In this document: positions 1-8,660 of the stretch, piece by piece
Numbering within the stretch: position 1 is the first letter of the stretch
How the letters are laid out: the number at the start of each line of letters is the position of its first letter
Source of the DNA: an uncultured Candidatus Saccharibacteria bacterium
Lineage (GTDB): Bacteria > Patescibacteriota > Minisyncoccia > Phycocordibacterales > DSPV01
DNA: 64,000 bases
NCBI GenBank assembly: GCA_964617735.1
Contig: CAZTXT010000001.1
Span: 532,776-596,775, forward strand
Reading direction: 5' to 3'
The notes under the pieces: generated by a model
What the model was told of the DNA's origin: nothing
The model's database searches: none
The model's input: the letters and a program-made list of their open reading frames with translations, nothing else
Program-made: the position numbers and the translations under genes

Positions 1-2
1 GA

Positions 3-347
3 ATGCAGCTCCGCAAGGATAGGCAGGCGGAAATCGAAGCAGGAACGGTGCGAGCATTAGACGACAACGAATGGCAGATGATGTCTCTCGCAGTGACTGA
101 ATATGGGAGCGGGTATTTGAGTAGGCCTCGAACAGCGGTGCTCGCAGAGTTAAGAAAGAGAAGGAATGCCGCTACTTCGTCCCGTGAGCTGTTCCCGACG
201 AATCTAGAAACAGGACTCTGGCGGCAAAGCATCGTTGGTATGAATCGCTGTTGGGAGTTAAAAAGGCTGCCCTATCGCCTACGGTTTGTTCAGACTGTTG
301 GTAAGCAATCTCATGTGGGTGAAATGCAGATTGTGACAGTGAAGTAA
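3..347 (+). CDS. hypothetical protein (5' end cut by window edge)
   Basis: ORF open from the window start to TAA at 345-347, followed by a hairpin terminator. No motif recognised. Confidence 0.3.
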   Translation: MQLRKDRQAEIEAGTVRALDDNEWQMMSLAVTEYGSGYLSRPRTAVLAELRKRRNAATSSRELFPTNLETGLWRQSIVGMNRCWELKRLPYRLRFVQTVGKQSHVGEMQIVTVK

Positions 348-356
348 CACACTCGA

Positions 357-396
357 GACCGAACGGTTATATAACCGTTCGGTCTATTCTTTTTAA
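357..396 (+). terminator. rho-independent terminator
   Basis: GACCGAACGGTT-ATAT-AACCGTTCGGTC perfect 12-bp stem followed by TATTCTTTTT. Confidence 0.7.
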
Positions 397-873
397 ACCT
401 ATCAAACCTATCTGGGGTCATTACCTTGGAAAGGCGCCGCAGGTCGCGAAGGAGTCTATGCTGTGATAATTATTGAGCTAATATTCCTTCCAGGGTTTTT
501 ATGTCCGAAGGTATAAAAAAGCTATACTTAGGAAGTTCTGAAAGCCAACCCAAGAGCTCAACTGAGTCATAATAACCAACCTTGGGTCGGTAATTTGATT
601 TAGTCCAGGGGATTTGAAGCCTTATTGAGTTTTTCTTGAGCTTGAATAAGAGAAAAGAAAATCCAATAAGGGGACCGACCTTGTAAAGGTCGCATCCCCG
701 TGGGGTCAAAATTACCCGTAGGCGAATAGCCGAGACCGGGTCTAGATAGTTTGCTTTCGATGGAAAGCAAACTATTGTGGACCAGAGGCAGATCAAGCAC
801 GCGAAACGTCTCGGAAAAGGATCATGAGTCACATCGGGAACCATCCTTGAGTTATATATGCTATAATATCGAG

Positions 874-1167
874 ATGCGTTGGAATCCATTTCTCAATGCG
901 GCTGGAGCCACAGCGTATGTTTGGGGAATCGCACTCCTCATCCACCACATTGCTTCATTGCATCACGACACTCCCGATAACCTGGTAGGTTCAACCGCGG
1001 CCCTTTCAATCTTCGTATGTTCCGCCGCGGTTATGGGATTTTTCTTCTTTTATCGTCCTGCGGTATTGCTTCTGGAAAACAAAAGGAGTGAAGCCGTTTT
1101 GTTTTTCCTAAAAACCCTGGGCACCTTCGGCGCGATAACCCTGCTCGTCATACTCACAATACTCTAA
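874..1167 (+). CDS. small hydrophobic membrane protein (about 97 aa)
   Basis: Starts MRWNPFLNAAGATAYVWGIALL with two to three predicted TM segments. TATAAT at 863-868 sits only about 6 nt before the ATG, so the mRNA may be leaderless. Confidence 0.4.
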   Translation: MRWNPFLNAAGATAYVWGIALLIHHIASLHHDTPDNLVGSTAALSIFVCSAAVMGFFFFYRPAVLLLENKRSEAVLFFLKTLGTFGAITLLVILTIL

Positions 1168-2472
1168 CTATCGATTCGCCCATTCGCTTTCCTGCCGCAC
1201 CAAAAACCGACTTTTCTCTTCGGGATGCGCCATCAGCTCTTCCACTACCCTCTCACAGCGTATTCCCTGTGAACCTTTAACGAGGATCACGTCGCCCGGC
1301 TGGAGAAGTTTTGCCAGCGCTTTTCCTGCTGCGGCAGGCTCATCGAATTTCAGCACATTGAGGGCACTCATGCCCTTTTCAAGGGCTCCCGCAGCAGTAT
1401 CGCGAGACCGAACACCAACAGTCGCGAGGAGCGATACTTTTTCGGCCGCGTATTTTCCGATCTCTTTATGCTCGGTTACTGAGAATTTGCCGAGCTCGAG
1501 CATATCCCCGAGCACCGCGATCTTTCTACCTTTATTCGTAAGCCCCGCGAGCGCATCAAGACCCTCGCGCGCGGCGACGGGAGAAGAGTTATACGTATCA
1601 TCGATGACTAGCGAACCATTGATACCCTCTAAAAGATGCATGCGGCCGAGCGGTCCCTCTAAGCCAGAGAGAGTCTCGGCGATATCCAGGAGCTTCATAT
1701 TGAGCGCCCTGCCCACTGCAGTAGCGGCGAGAGAAGCATAGAGCATCTGTCGTCCGACGCTCTTGCGAACGGAGAGCATCACGCTCTCTTCGCCATAACT
1801 CACCCGCACCGCAGAGCCAACCGCACGACGTTTTTCGCCTCTGCCTTCATAAACGACCGAGTCTTTGGACGCCCAAATAGTGGAAGACCGAGAGAAACCG
1901 AAAGTTATCGACTCATTGGCGACCAGCGCCTTGAGCGCGTAAACGTCAGGATCATCCTGACAGAGCACCAGTACGCCGTCACTTTTGAGCGATTTGACCA
2001 GATATGATTTTTCTTCGATGACGCGCTCGCGTGTGCCGAAAAACTCGATGTGCACCGGAACCGGAGCAAAGCGGGTAACGACGACGATATCGGGATGGAG
2101 CCATTTGGCGATGGACCGTATGTCGCCCGGCCGATCCGCCCCGACTTCGAGCACCAGCCAACGCGGATAATCTTCACGGCGCAGAATGGTGAGCAGGCCA
2201 AAACCGATATTCTCCAACCACCCCAGCGGATCATTCCACGCATTCGGCCTACCCAATATGGTAAGCGGCACGCCGATCTCGCTGTTAAAACTCTTCTCAC
2301 TCTTCCTGACAAATTCACGCCGCGCGATGAGTTCATAAATCGCATCTTTCGTCGAGGTCTTACCGACGCTCCCGGTCACCGCGATGATGCGGGGGCGATA
2401 ACGCTTGAGCACGAGACGCGCCTCAAGCGTCAATATAAAAACGATGATTCTTTTGAAAAAAGTCTTAAGCAT
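1168..2472 (-). CDS. murF: UDP-N-acetylmuramoyl-tripeptide--D-alanyl-D-alanine ligase
   Basis: Mur ligase P-loop TGSVGKTST, a typical MurF central domain and C-terminal DDTYNSSP. Last gene of the dcw cluster. Confidence 0.8.
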   Translation of the reverse strand: MLKTFFKRIIVFILTLEARLVLKRYRPRIIAVTGSVGKTSTKDAIYELIARREFVRKSEKSFNSEIGVPLTILGRPNAWNDPLGWLENIGFGLLTILRREDYPRWLVLEVGADRPGDIRSIAKWLHPDIVVVTRFAPVPVHIEFFGTRERVIEEKSYLVKSLKSDGVLVLCQDDPDVYALKALVANESITFGFSRSSTIWASKDSVVYEGRGEKRRAVGSAVRVSYGEESVMLSVRKSVGRQMLYASLAATAVGRALNMKLLDIAETLSGLEGPLGRMHLLEGINGSLVIDDTYNSSPVAAREGLDALAGLTNKGRKIAVLGDMLELGKFSVTEHKEIGKYAAEKVSLLATVGVRSRDTAAGALEKGMSALNVLKFDEPAAAGKALAKLLQPGDVILVKGSQGIRCERVVEELMAHPEEKSRFLVRQESEWANR

Positions 2473-2536
2473 AAACGAGAAACGGAGGCTCCTCTAGGGA
2501 ATTCTCCGGGTACGAAGACCTTGCCGTGAAGGCATG

Positions 2537-4240
2537 CTACCTATCTGGCGGGACGTGATAGTAGTTGATCAAAAATTTGACCATATGGACGAAGGGATCG
2601 GTAAGCGTCCCCGAAGCATACAGCGCCCCCTTCGGATGCACCGCGAAGAAAAAGATCAGGAATTTGGGATCGTAGGCGGGGAAATAGCCGAAAAACGAAT
2701 GCAGGTAGCGGTCTTCATAATAGCCTCCTCCGTCGGGCTTGGCAATTTGAGCGGTGCCCGTCTTCGCTGCGATGCTGTAATTCTTTATCTTCACCGTGCC
2801 GTTCGCGAGGGCCTTGTCATACACCTCGACGAGCATTCGCGAGACTGCTTCGGTTGTTTCCGGCTTAAAGACCTCTATGCGGTCTTCCGCCGCGATCGAA
2901 TGGGTGAGCCCAACGTCATATTGAACCGATGAAACCGCATGCGGCGTCACGAGCCAGCCACCATTGGCGAGCGAACAGAGCGCGCGCACGATCTCGATCG
3001 GAGTGAGGGCGATGCCTTGGCCAAACGACGCCGTCGCATACTCGAGATCACGCGGGCTCTTGAGGTTACTGACCAGGCCATACGTTTCGTTCGGTAGATC
3101 GATGCCAGTTTCTTCGCCGAACCCGAGTTTCAATAGATAATCCGCAAAGCGTTTATTGCCAACCGAGTGCTCGACGAATGCCGCCCCGGTATTGAGGGAC
3201 TGATTCAATACTTCCTGCATCGAAACCGTACCGCGCGCGCGTCCGTCGAAATTGGAGAGGCGCGCGCCGTTGATGAATATTGTTCCTTCATCAAGATACG
3301 TAGTCTCGGGCGTAATGGATCCGGTATCGACACCGATCGCCATAGTGAGCGGTTTTACGATAGAACCCATTTCATAGACATTCTCCACCATCGGATTGGA
3401 GAAAACGTGCGGATCAGTTTCTTTAGAAAATGAATTCAGATTAAATGTCGGGGAGACCGCCATCGCGTAAATCTCGCCGTTCTGCGGATTGATGACGATA
3501 GCCCCGCTTTTGTCCGGATGCCACTTCTCCTCGATCGTCGCGAGTTCTTCTTGCAGAGCGCCTTGCACGGTCGGCTCTATGGTCGAGATGATGTCTCCCT
3601 GGAGGGTCTGGTGCGAGATCGCGTCTTTAGTATCGGAAAAGATCTGAACGAAGATATTGGCATAGGGGTTCTCATTATCGCGCGTAAGCACATCGTCATA
3701 ATAACGTTCAAGCCCATAGCGGCCGGAGAGGGTGTTCCCTGAATAGCCGACAAATCCAAGCACATGCGACGCGAGATCGCCGCCCGGATAAAAACGCCAC
3801 TTCTCGCGGCTCAACACGATCCACGGTTCGTTGAGCGCGCGTATCTTCGCGGCATCCGCGTCGCTTATATGATGCGCGATCTCCTCGTAGGTATCGGAAC
3901 GTTTGTTCGCCCGCGATAAGAACTCCTCGCGGTCAATCGGAAAAACAGCCGAGAGCTCCTTGTAAGCCTGCGCCACATCCGGTATCGTATCGGGCTTGAT
4001 GGCGAGAATGAGACCCGACTCAAGCGATGCAGCCGAAATGAGTTTGCCGTCGCGGCTTGAGAAAAAGATGCTGCCGCGGTCATAGACGCCTCCTGACCCG
4101 GCCGCGTATTGATGGTCAGCCTGTTGCGTGTAGACATCGGCCCGTACGACCTGCAACCACCAAAGTCGCGCCGTGTACACCAGCGCGACCAGAGCAATAG
4201 CTCCCCAGATTATGCGTATGCGGGAAAGCCCGTCCTTCAT
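2537..4240 (-). CDS. ftsI: class B penicillin-binding protein / peptidoglycan D,D-transpeptidase (FtsI-like)
   Basis: N-terminal TM, dimerisation domain, and transpeptidase motifs STxK-like SIVKP, SxN and KTGTA. Sits between ftsL and murF. Confidence 0.8.
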   Translation of the reverse strand: MKDGLSRIRIIWGAIALVALVYTARLWWLQVVRADVYTQQADHQYAAGSGGVYDRGSIFFSSRDGKLISAASLESGLILAIKPDTIPDVAQAYKELSAVFPIDREEFLSRANKRSDTYEEIAHHISDADAAKIRALNEPWIVLSREKWRFYPGGDLASHVLGFVGYSGNTLSGRYGLERYYDDVLTRDNENPYANIFVQIFSDTKDAISHQTLQGDIISTIEPTVQGALQEELATIEEKWHPDKSGAIVINPQNGEIYAMAVSPTFNLNSFSKETDPHVFSNPMVENVYEMGSIVKPLTMAIGVDTGSITPETTYLDEGTIFINGARLSNFDGRARGTVSMQEVLNQSLNTGAAFVEHSVGNKRFADYLLKLGFGEETGIDLPNETYGLVSNLKSPRDLEYATASFGQGIALTPIEIVRALCSLANGGWLVTPHAVSSVQYDVGLTHSIAAEDRIEVFKPETTEAVSRMLVEVYDKALANGTVKIKNYSIAAKTGTAQIAKPDGGGYYEDRYLHSFFGYFPAYDPKFLIFFFAVHPKGALYASGTLTDPFVHMVKFLINYYHVPPDR

Positions 4241-4569
4241 TAAATTTCATCACGTACCGACAGCGCCTTTCCTAAGGCCTTGCGCGAAACATATTTCTGC
4301 ACATCGGTCTGCGACAGTCCAAGCTCTTGAGCTTTGGACAGCGTGATCTTATTTTGCATCGAAAGATAGCGTTCTTGCAAGCCATTGAGAGCCGAGGAGA
4401 TATCATTGATATGCGTCTTGATCGTGCGCGTCTCTATCGCCTCGAAAAGGGTCGCGTTAAGCCAGTAGGCGTATAAAATCGCCGAGAGCATACAAACGCC
4501 CAAAAGCGACCATACCAGCGTGGTACGGAAATTGTCGTTTTCTATTGCATTTTCTACTACATTCCTCAT
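4240..4569 (-). CDS. ftsL: cell division protein FtsL-like (single TM + coiled coil)
   Basis: 109 aa with one TM helix followed by a coiled coil, located between rsmH and ftsI. Start/stop are adjacent to ftsI. Confidence 0.5.
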   Translation of the reverse strand: MRNVVENAIENDNFRTTLVWSLLGVCMLSAILYAYWLNATLFEAIETRTIKTHINDISSALNGLQERYLSMQNKITLSKAQELGLSQTDVQKYVSRKALGKALSVRDEI

Positions 4570-4591
4570 TGTTTTAAGAATTCTTGATCGT

Positions 4592-5503
4592 TCATCGTTT
4601 CTCTAAGATTCGCAACTTTGCGCTTCGCGAGCGCGGATTTTGATGCATCTCTGCATCGGACGGGACAATCGGCTTTCGAGTGAGCAGTGCTGCCTCCTGT
4701 GCTTTCGCACGGTCTCTCATAAAATTCTTCACCATCCTATCTTCAAGGCTATGGAATGAAATGACTCCCATCCGCCCGTGCGGCGCAAGCGCCGCAAATC
4801 CTTTTGAGAGACCTTCCGTAAGAGCGCCGAGTTCGTCGTTTACCTCCATGCGCAGCGCCTGGAACGTGCGGGTCGCGAAATGGATCGAGCGTGGATACTT
4901 CCCGCGGTATCCCTTCGCTATGACTTCGACCAGCTCGAAGGTCGTGCGAATGGGATACTTTCGGCGCGCTTCGACGATCGCGCGTGCGATGTGATTCGCT
5001 TCACGCTCTTCTCCCAGCTCGTGCAGGAGATGAGCGAGGGAGGCCTCGTCATAGCGCTCCAGAATCTGCTTCGCCGTCAGCGTTCCGTTCACCGGATCCC
5101 CGAAAGTCATCAACAGCGGTTCATCGCGTTTGAAGGAGAAGCCTCGTCCCGAACTCTCCAGCTGTTCGGAGTTGAGTCCGAGATCGAAGAGCAGTGCGTT
5201 GACTGTGCTCACCCCTGCCTCTTTAAGGACACGGTCGAGGTTTCTGAAGTTCTCATTGAACACCTGGGCTCGCGCGCCCGCTTTGGTAAGCACTTCCCGG
5301 GCGTAGAGAGTACGGGAAGGATCGGCATCAAGAGCGATGATACGGACGTTTCTGCCGAACCGGCGGAATACTTCGAGCGCATGCCCGGCATTCCCGACAG
5401 TCGCGTCTACATAGGTCGCATCCGGCGAGAGATTAAGTCCCTCTATTGATTGCTGTAAAAGAACCGCTACATGCCCCTCTTGCCTCGCACCGTGCGTTTC
5501 CAT
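4592..5503 (-). CDS. rsmH: 16S rRNA (cytosine1402-N4)-methyltransferase
   Basis: MraW family: SAM-binding GHA motif and conserved DLGxSS(xQ)-like DLGLNSEQL. Sits downstream of mraZ. A start at METHG (5503) is preferred over the upstream ORF start at 5584, which would overlap mraZ. Confidence 0.8.
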   Translation of the reverse strand: METHGARQEGHVAVLLQQSIEGLNLSPDATYVDATVGNAGHALEVFRRFGRNVRIIALDADPSRTLYAREVLTKAGARAQVFNENFRNLDRVLKEAGVSTVNALLFDLGLNSEQLESSGRGFSFKRDEPLLMTFGDPVNGTLTAKQILERYDEASLAHLLHELGEEREANHIARAIVEARRKYPIRTTFELVEVIAKGYRGKYPRSIHFATRTFQALRMEVNDELGALTEGLSKGFAALAPHGRMGVISFHSLEDRMVKNFMRDRAKAQEAALLTRKPIVPSDAEMHQNPRSRSAKLRILEKR

Positions 5504-5505
5504 GA

Positions 5506-5952
5506 TCAGATGATGCCTGCTGAATTGAGTTTCTCGGCCATCACGTCGGTCTTTTTCTCGAACGCCTTCCGATATCGCTCCCAACGCTCGGCGTTCCAGA
5601 TCTCGACGCGGTTGAGCACTCCAATGATCACTGCGCTACTCTTCAAGGACGCGTGCTCGCGCAGATGATCGGGTATGAGCACTCGTCCGATAGAATCGAT
5701 GCTAGTCTCCGTTGCGCGGCCGATGATGAGACGGTTGAAATTGCGGTTGTCTGCCTGCAGGACCGACGAGGAGTCGGGACGGGAGAGTCGGTCTGCGAAC
5801 TGCTGCCACTGCCGTGCGCTGAAAACGAAAAGACACCCATCGATACCGGGCGCGATCACTACGGTCGAGCCCATCTCCTTACGGAACTTTGCAGGAAGTG
5901 AGATGCGGCTCTTCTCATCGAATGTGTGTGCGTACTCGCCTATGAGCATCAA
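5506..5952 (-). CDS. mraZ: transcriptional regulator MraZ
   Basis: 148 aa, tandem MraZ/SpoVT-AbrB-like halves. First gene of the dcw cluster. Confidence 0.8.
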   Translation of the reverse strand: MMLIGEYAHTFDEKSRISLPAKFRKEMGSTVVIAPGIDGCLFVFSARQWQQFADRLSRPDSSSVLQADNRNFNRLIIGRATETSIDSIGRVLIPDHLREHASLKSSAVIIGVLNRVEIWNAERWERYRKAFEKKTDVMAEKLNSAGII

Positions 5953-6186
5953 AATGAACCGATTTCACCTCCGTGCAAACTTCCACCTTTTCCCACTTGT
6001 CTACCATTCTATACCACTCTATAGTCTCTGCAAACACAGTTATCCACATGGTCTACATCCGATAACACCAAAAAATCCGGACGGAAACGCATAGAAAAAA
6101 CCCGAGAAATGGGCGTATCTTTTCGATCGGTCCGTGGGTACAACAAAAAAGCCGACCATGCGGTCGGCTTTTCCTTTGACTCGTCG

Positions 6187-7650
6187 TTACTCGTGCATTC
6201 CTTTGGGTCTCAAGAGTGGGAAGAGCTGCGTTTCGCGAATCGGTTTTCCTTCAAATAAAGAAAAGACTCGCTCGCCGAAACCGAAGCCGCAGGTCGGCGG
6301 CATCCCGTGCTCGAGCATCTCGATGAATTCCCAATCAGGCATCATGGCTTCCTCATCCCCTTTCTCAATGAGTTTCTGCTGCGCTTCGAAACGCTTTCGC
6401 TGTTCCAGCGGATCATTGAGTTCAGAATATCCCTTGCCCGCTTCGCTTCCCGCAAGCAGCGGACTGAACATCTCGACTTTTCCGGGAACTTTTTCATCAA
6501 GCTTCGAAAGAGGTGCTACGATGACCGGGTGACCGACTAAAAACGCGGGGCCGGCGATCTGCTTGCGGCAGTATTTCCAGAGCGTATCGGTCAGTCGTTC
6601 GCGGTTCATGCCACTATATTCGACATTCAACGCCTTGAGCTTTTTCTCCATCTCTTTCTGCGATGCCTCGAGCACATCGATGCCGGTCATCTCTTTGATC
6701 GCCCCTACATAATCGATTCGCTTCCATTCGTCTAAGAGATCGAAGCTAAACCCGCGGGCAGAGAATTTCGTCGTTCCGTAGACCTCTTTCGCAAGGGTGC
6801 GATAGAGCTCTTCTACGAGCTTCATTCCATCTTCAGCATTGGCGTACGCCCAATAGAATTCCATATTGGTGAATTCCTGCAGATGTTCGGGGCTCGTACC
6901 TTCATTGCGATAGGCGCGTCCGATCTCGAACGTTTGGGGAAATCCCGCCGCCATCAAGCGCTTCTGCCAGAGCTCGCCGACCGAGATACGCAGATACACA
7001 TCGATATCAAAATCATTGTGGTGGGTCTTAAACGGCCGCGCCTCGGCACCGCCCGTGGTAACTTCGAGCGTCGGCGTCTCAACCTCAAGGAAACCGCGTT
7101 CTTTAAGAAAACTTCTCGTGACATCCCAAAATTTCGCTTTTCGAACAAACATCACACGCTCTTCTGTATTCATCAAGAGGTCCAGGTAACGCAAGCGATA
7201 GCGTTCTTCCGGATCGGTTATCCCATGCCATTTCTCCGGGAGTGGCAAGAGCGATTTGGATGCCATCATCCAGTGCTCAACGAGCAAAGTCTTTTCTCCG
7301 CGCTTGGTGATGAATAAACTGCCGGAAAGCGAGACAAAATCGCCGATGTCGACGGTTTCTGCAAAAAGTTCCCGAGCCTCCCGCGGAGTGTCCCCGTCTT
7401 TAAGAAGCGCCTGGAACGTACCCGTACCATCGCTGAAATTCAAAAAGGTGATTCCGCCCTGCGCGCGGATAGCGAGTATGCGCCCTGCAAAGGAAACGCT
7501 TTTCTTTTTCGAAAATTCATCAAAACGCTCTATCGCTTCGGCGATAGAACAGTCACGCGGCACTTTAGCAGGATAGGGGTTAACGCCGGCATCCTTTAGA
7601 CGCTTCAATTTCTCAAGACGCGTATTGCGCAATTCCTCAAGAGAGGACAT
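6187..7650 (-). CDS. lysS: lysine--tRNA ligase, class II
   Basis: N-terminal OB anticodon-binding domain and class II core motifs (FEIGRAYRNE, GGAEARPF). Confidence 0.85.
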   Translation of the reverse strand: MSSLEELRNTRLEKLKRLKDAGVNPYPAKVPRDCSIAEAIERFDEFSKKKSVSFAGRILAIRAQGGITFLNFSDGTGTFQALLKDGDTPREARELFAETVDIGDFVSLSGSLFITKRGEKTLLVEHWMMASKSLLPLPEKWHGITDPEERYRLRYLDLLMNTEERVMFVRKAKFWDVTRSFLKERGFLEVETPTLEVTTGGAEARPFKTHHNDFDIDVYLRISVGELWQKRLMAAGFPQTFEIGRAYRNEGTSPEHLQEFTNMEFYWAYANAEDGMKLVEELYRTLAKEVYGTTKFSARGFSFDLLDEWKRIDYVGAIKEMTGIDVLEASQKEMEKKLKALNVEYSGMNRERLTDTLWKYCRKQIAGPAFLVGHPVIVAPLSKLDEKVPGKVEMFSPLLAGSEAGKGYSELNDPLEQRKRFEAQQKLIEKGDEEAMMPDWEFIEMLEHGMPPTCGFGFGERVFSLFEGKPIRETQLFPLLRPKGMHE

Positions 7651-7654
7651 CTCT

Positions 7655-8122
7655 CTATTTTACTTCCGAGATCGTGTAGCTGACAACACCGGCCGGGGAT
7701 TTAAATTCAACTCGATCCCCTTTCCGCTTGCCGATCAAAGCGCTGCCCAAGGGAGAATGGATGGATATCTTTCCCTGCGAGACATCTACTTCTTCCGAGC
7801 CCACGAGCGTAAAGGTATGCTTGCCAGCGTCTTTCTCCTTCTGAACGACGACCGTAGAACCAACCGCCACCGAACCACCATGCTTGTCATGCATGATGAC
7901 CGCTGTCTTGAGTATCGCTTCGAGTTTGGCGATGCGATCCTCGACATTGGCTTGCATCTCGCGCGCCTCATGATACTCGGCGTTCTCGGAGAGGTCCCCG
8001 AGGCCTTTGGCATATTCGAGATTCTCTGCGACCTCTTTCCGCTTTTCAGTCTTTAAATACGTCAGCTCTCTCGTCAACTCATCGAATTTCTCTTTCGTCA
8101 AATATTCGCTCTCCTGGATCAT
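7655..8122 (-). CDS. greA: transcription elongation factor GreA
   Basis: N-terminal coiled-coil with conserved LSENAEY and a C-terminal FKBP-like domain. Start chosen at MIQESEYLT (8122). Confidence 0.75.
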   Translation of the reverse strand: MIQESEYLTKEKFDELTRELTYLKTEKRKEVAENLEYAKGLGDLSENAEYHEAREMQANVEDRIAKLEAILKTAVIMHDKHGGSVAVGSTVVVQKEKDAGKHTFTLVGSEEVDVSQGKISIHSPLGSALIGKRKGDRVEFKSPAGVVSYTISEVK

Positions 8123-8293
8123 AGCGTGTAGGCTAGGTAGTAAAAACAACGCGGCAATTCTAGCATACTTCTGGTGGAGCACCAAATGATGCCTCGACGC
8201 TGGATTGACTCCAAAGAAATGATTGGTAGCATGAACCGGAGAACAGAAACGCAGCCGAGCATACGCCACGCTGCATTATAGAGAAAGGTTCTT

Positions 8294-8593
8294 ATGGAAA
8301 TCGTGTTCGTGGAGAACTCACAAGAAAAAACCCTATGCCTGATCGGACCATCGGCATATAAAATCGCGGAATCCCTTCAAGAATCCGGGCGATACAAAAT
8401 ACTCAATACGATGGTCACGGCGGACTACCAGATTGAGCGAGGCGTCATCGACTGGGATGGAGCGAAGCTAGAGCATCAAAGCTCCCTCCATACACTTCTC
8501 TGCAAGGCCTTCGAAACTGGTCGGCAGACAGAAATGAAAACGTCCTTAGTCGAACTTCAGAGAATCCGCGAGATTGTCGAGAAATCGAAATGA
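8294..8593 (+). CDS. hypothetical protein
   Basis: 99-aa ORF with no recognised motif. Confidence 0.3.
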   Translation: MEIVFVENSQEKTLCLIGPSAYKIAESLQESGRYKILNTMVTADYQIERGVIDWDGAKLEHQSSLHTLLCKAFETGRQTEMKTSLVELQRIREIVEKSK

Positions 8594-8660
8594 GGGTCTC
8601 CCAGGGACAAAAGGGCTCCAAGCGAAGCTTGGGGCCCTTTTCCATCTCCGTGTACCAAAA

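Noticed and set aside
400-870. Possible tmRNA, RNase P RNA or SRP RNA in the structured intergenic region
   Set aside because: None of the consensus elements I know is present on either strand. These are the tmRNA GGGG...UCGACG 5' end and GGUUCGAxUCC...CCA 3' end, the RNase P GGAAAGUCCGG / AGGGUGAAA blocks, and the SRP GGAAGCAGCC block. Kept only as an unclassified structured region.
470-889. 139-aa and 66-aa minus-strand ORFs from the track
   Set aside because: The translations look like random sequence (no motifs, odd composition) and overlap a region dominated by RNA-like hairpins. Treated as non-coding.
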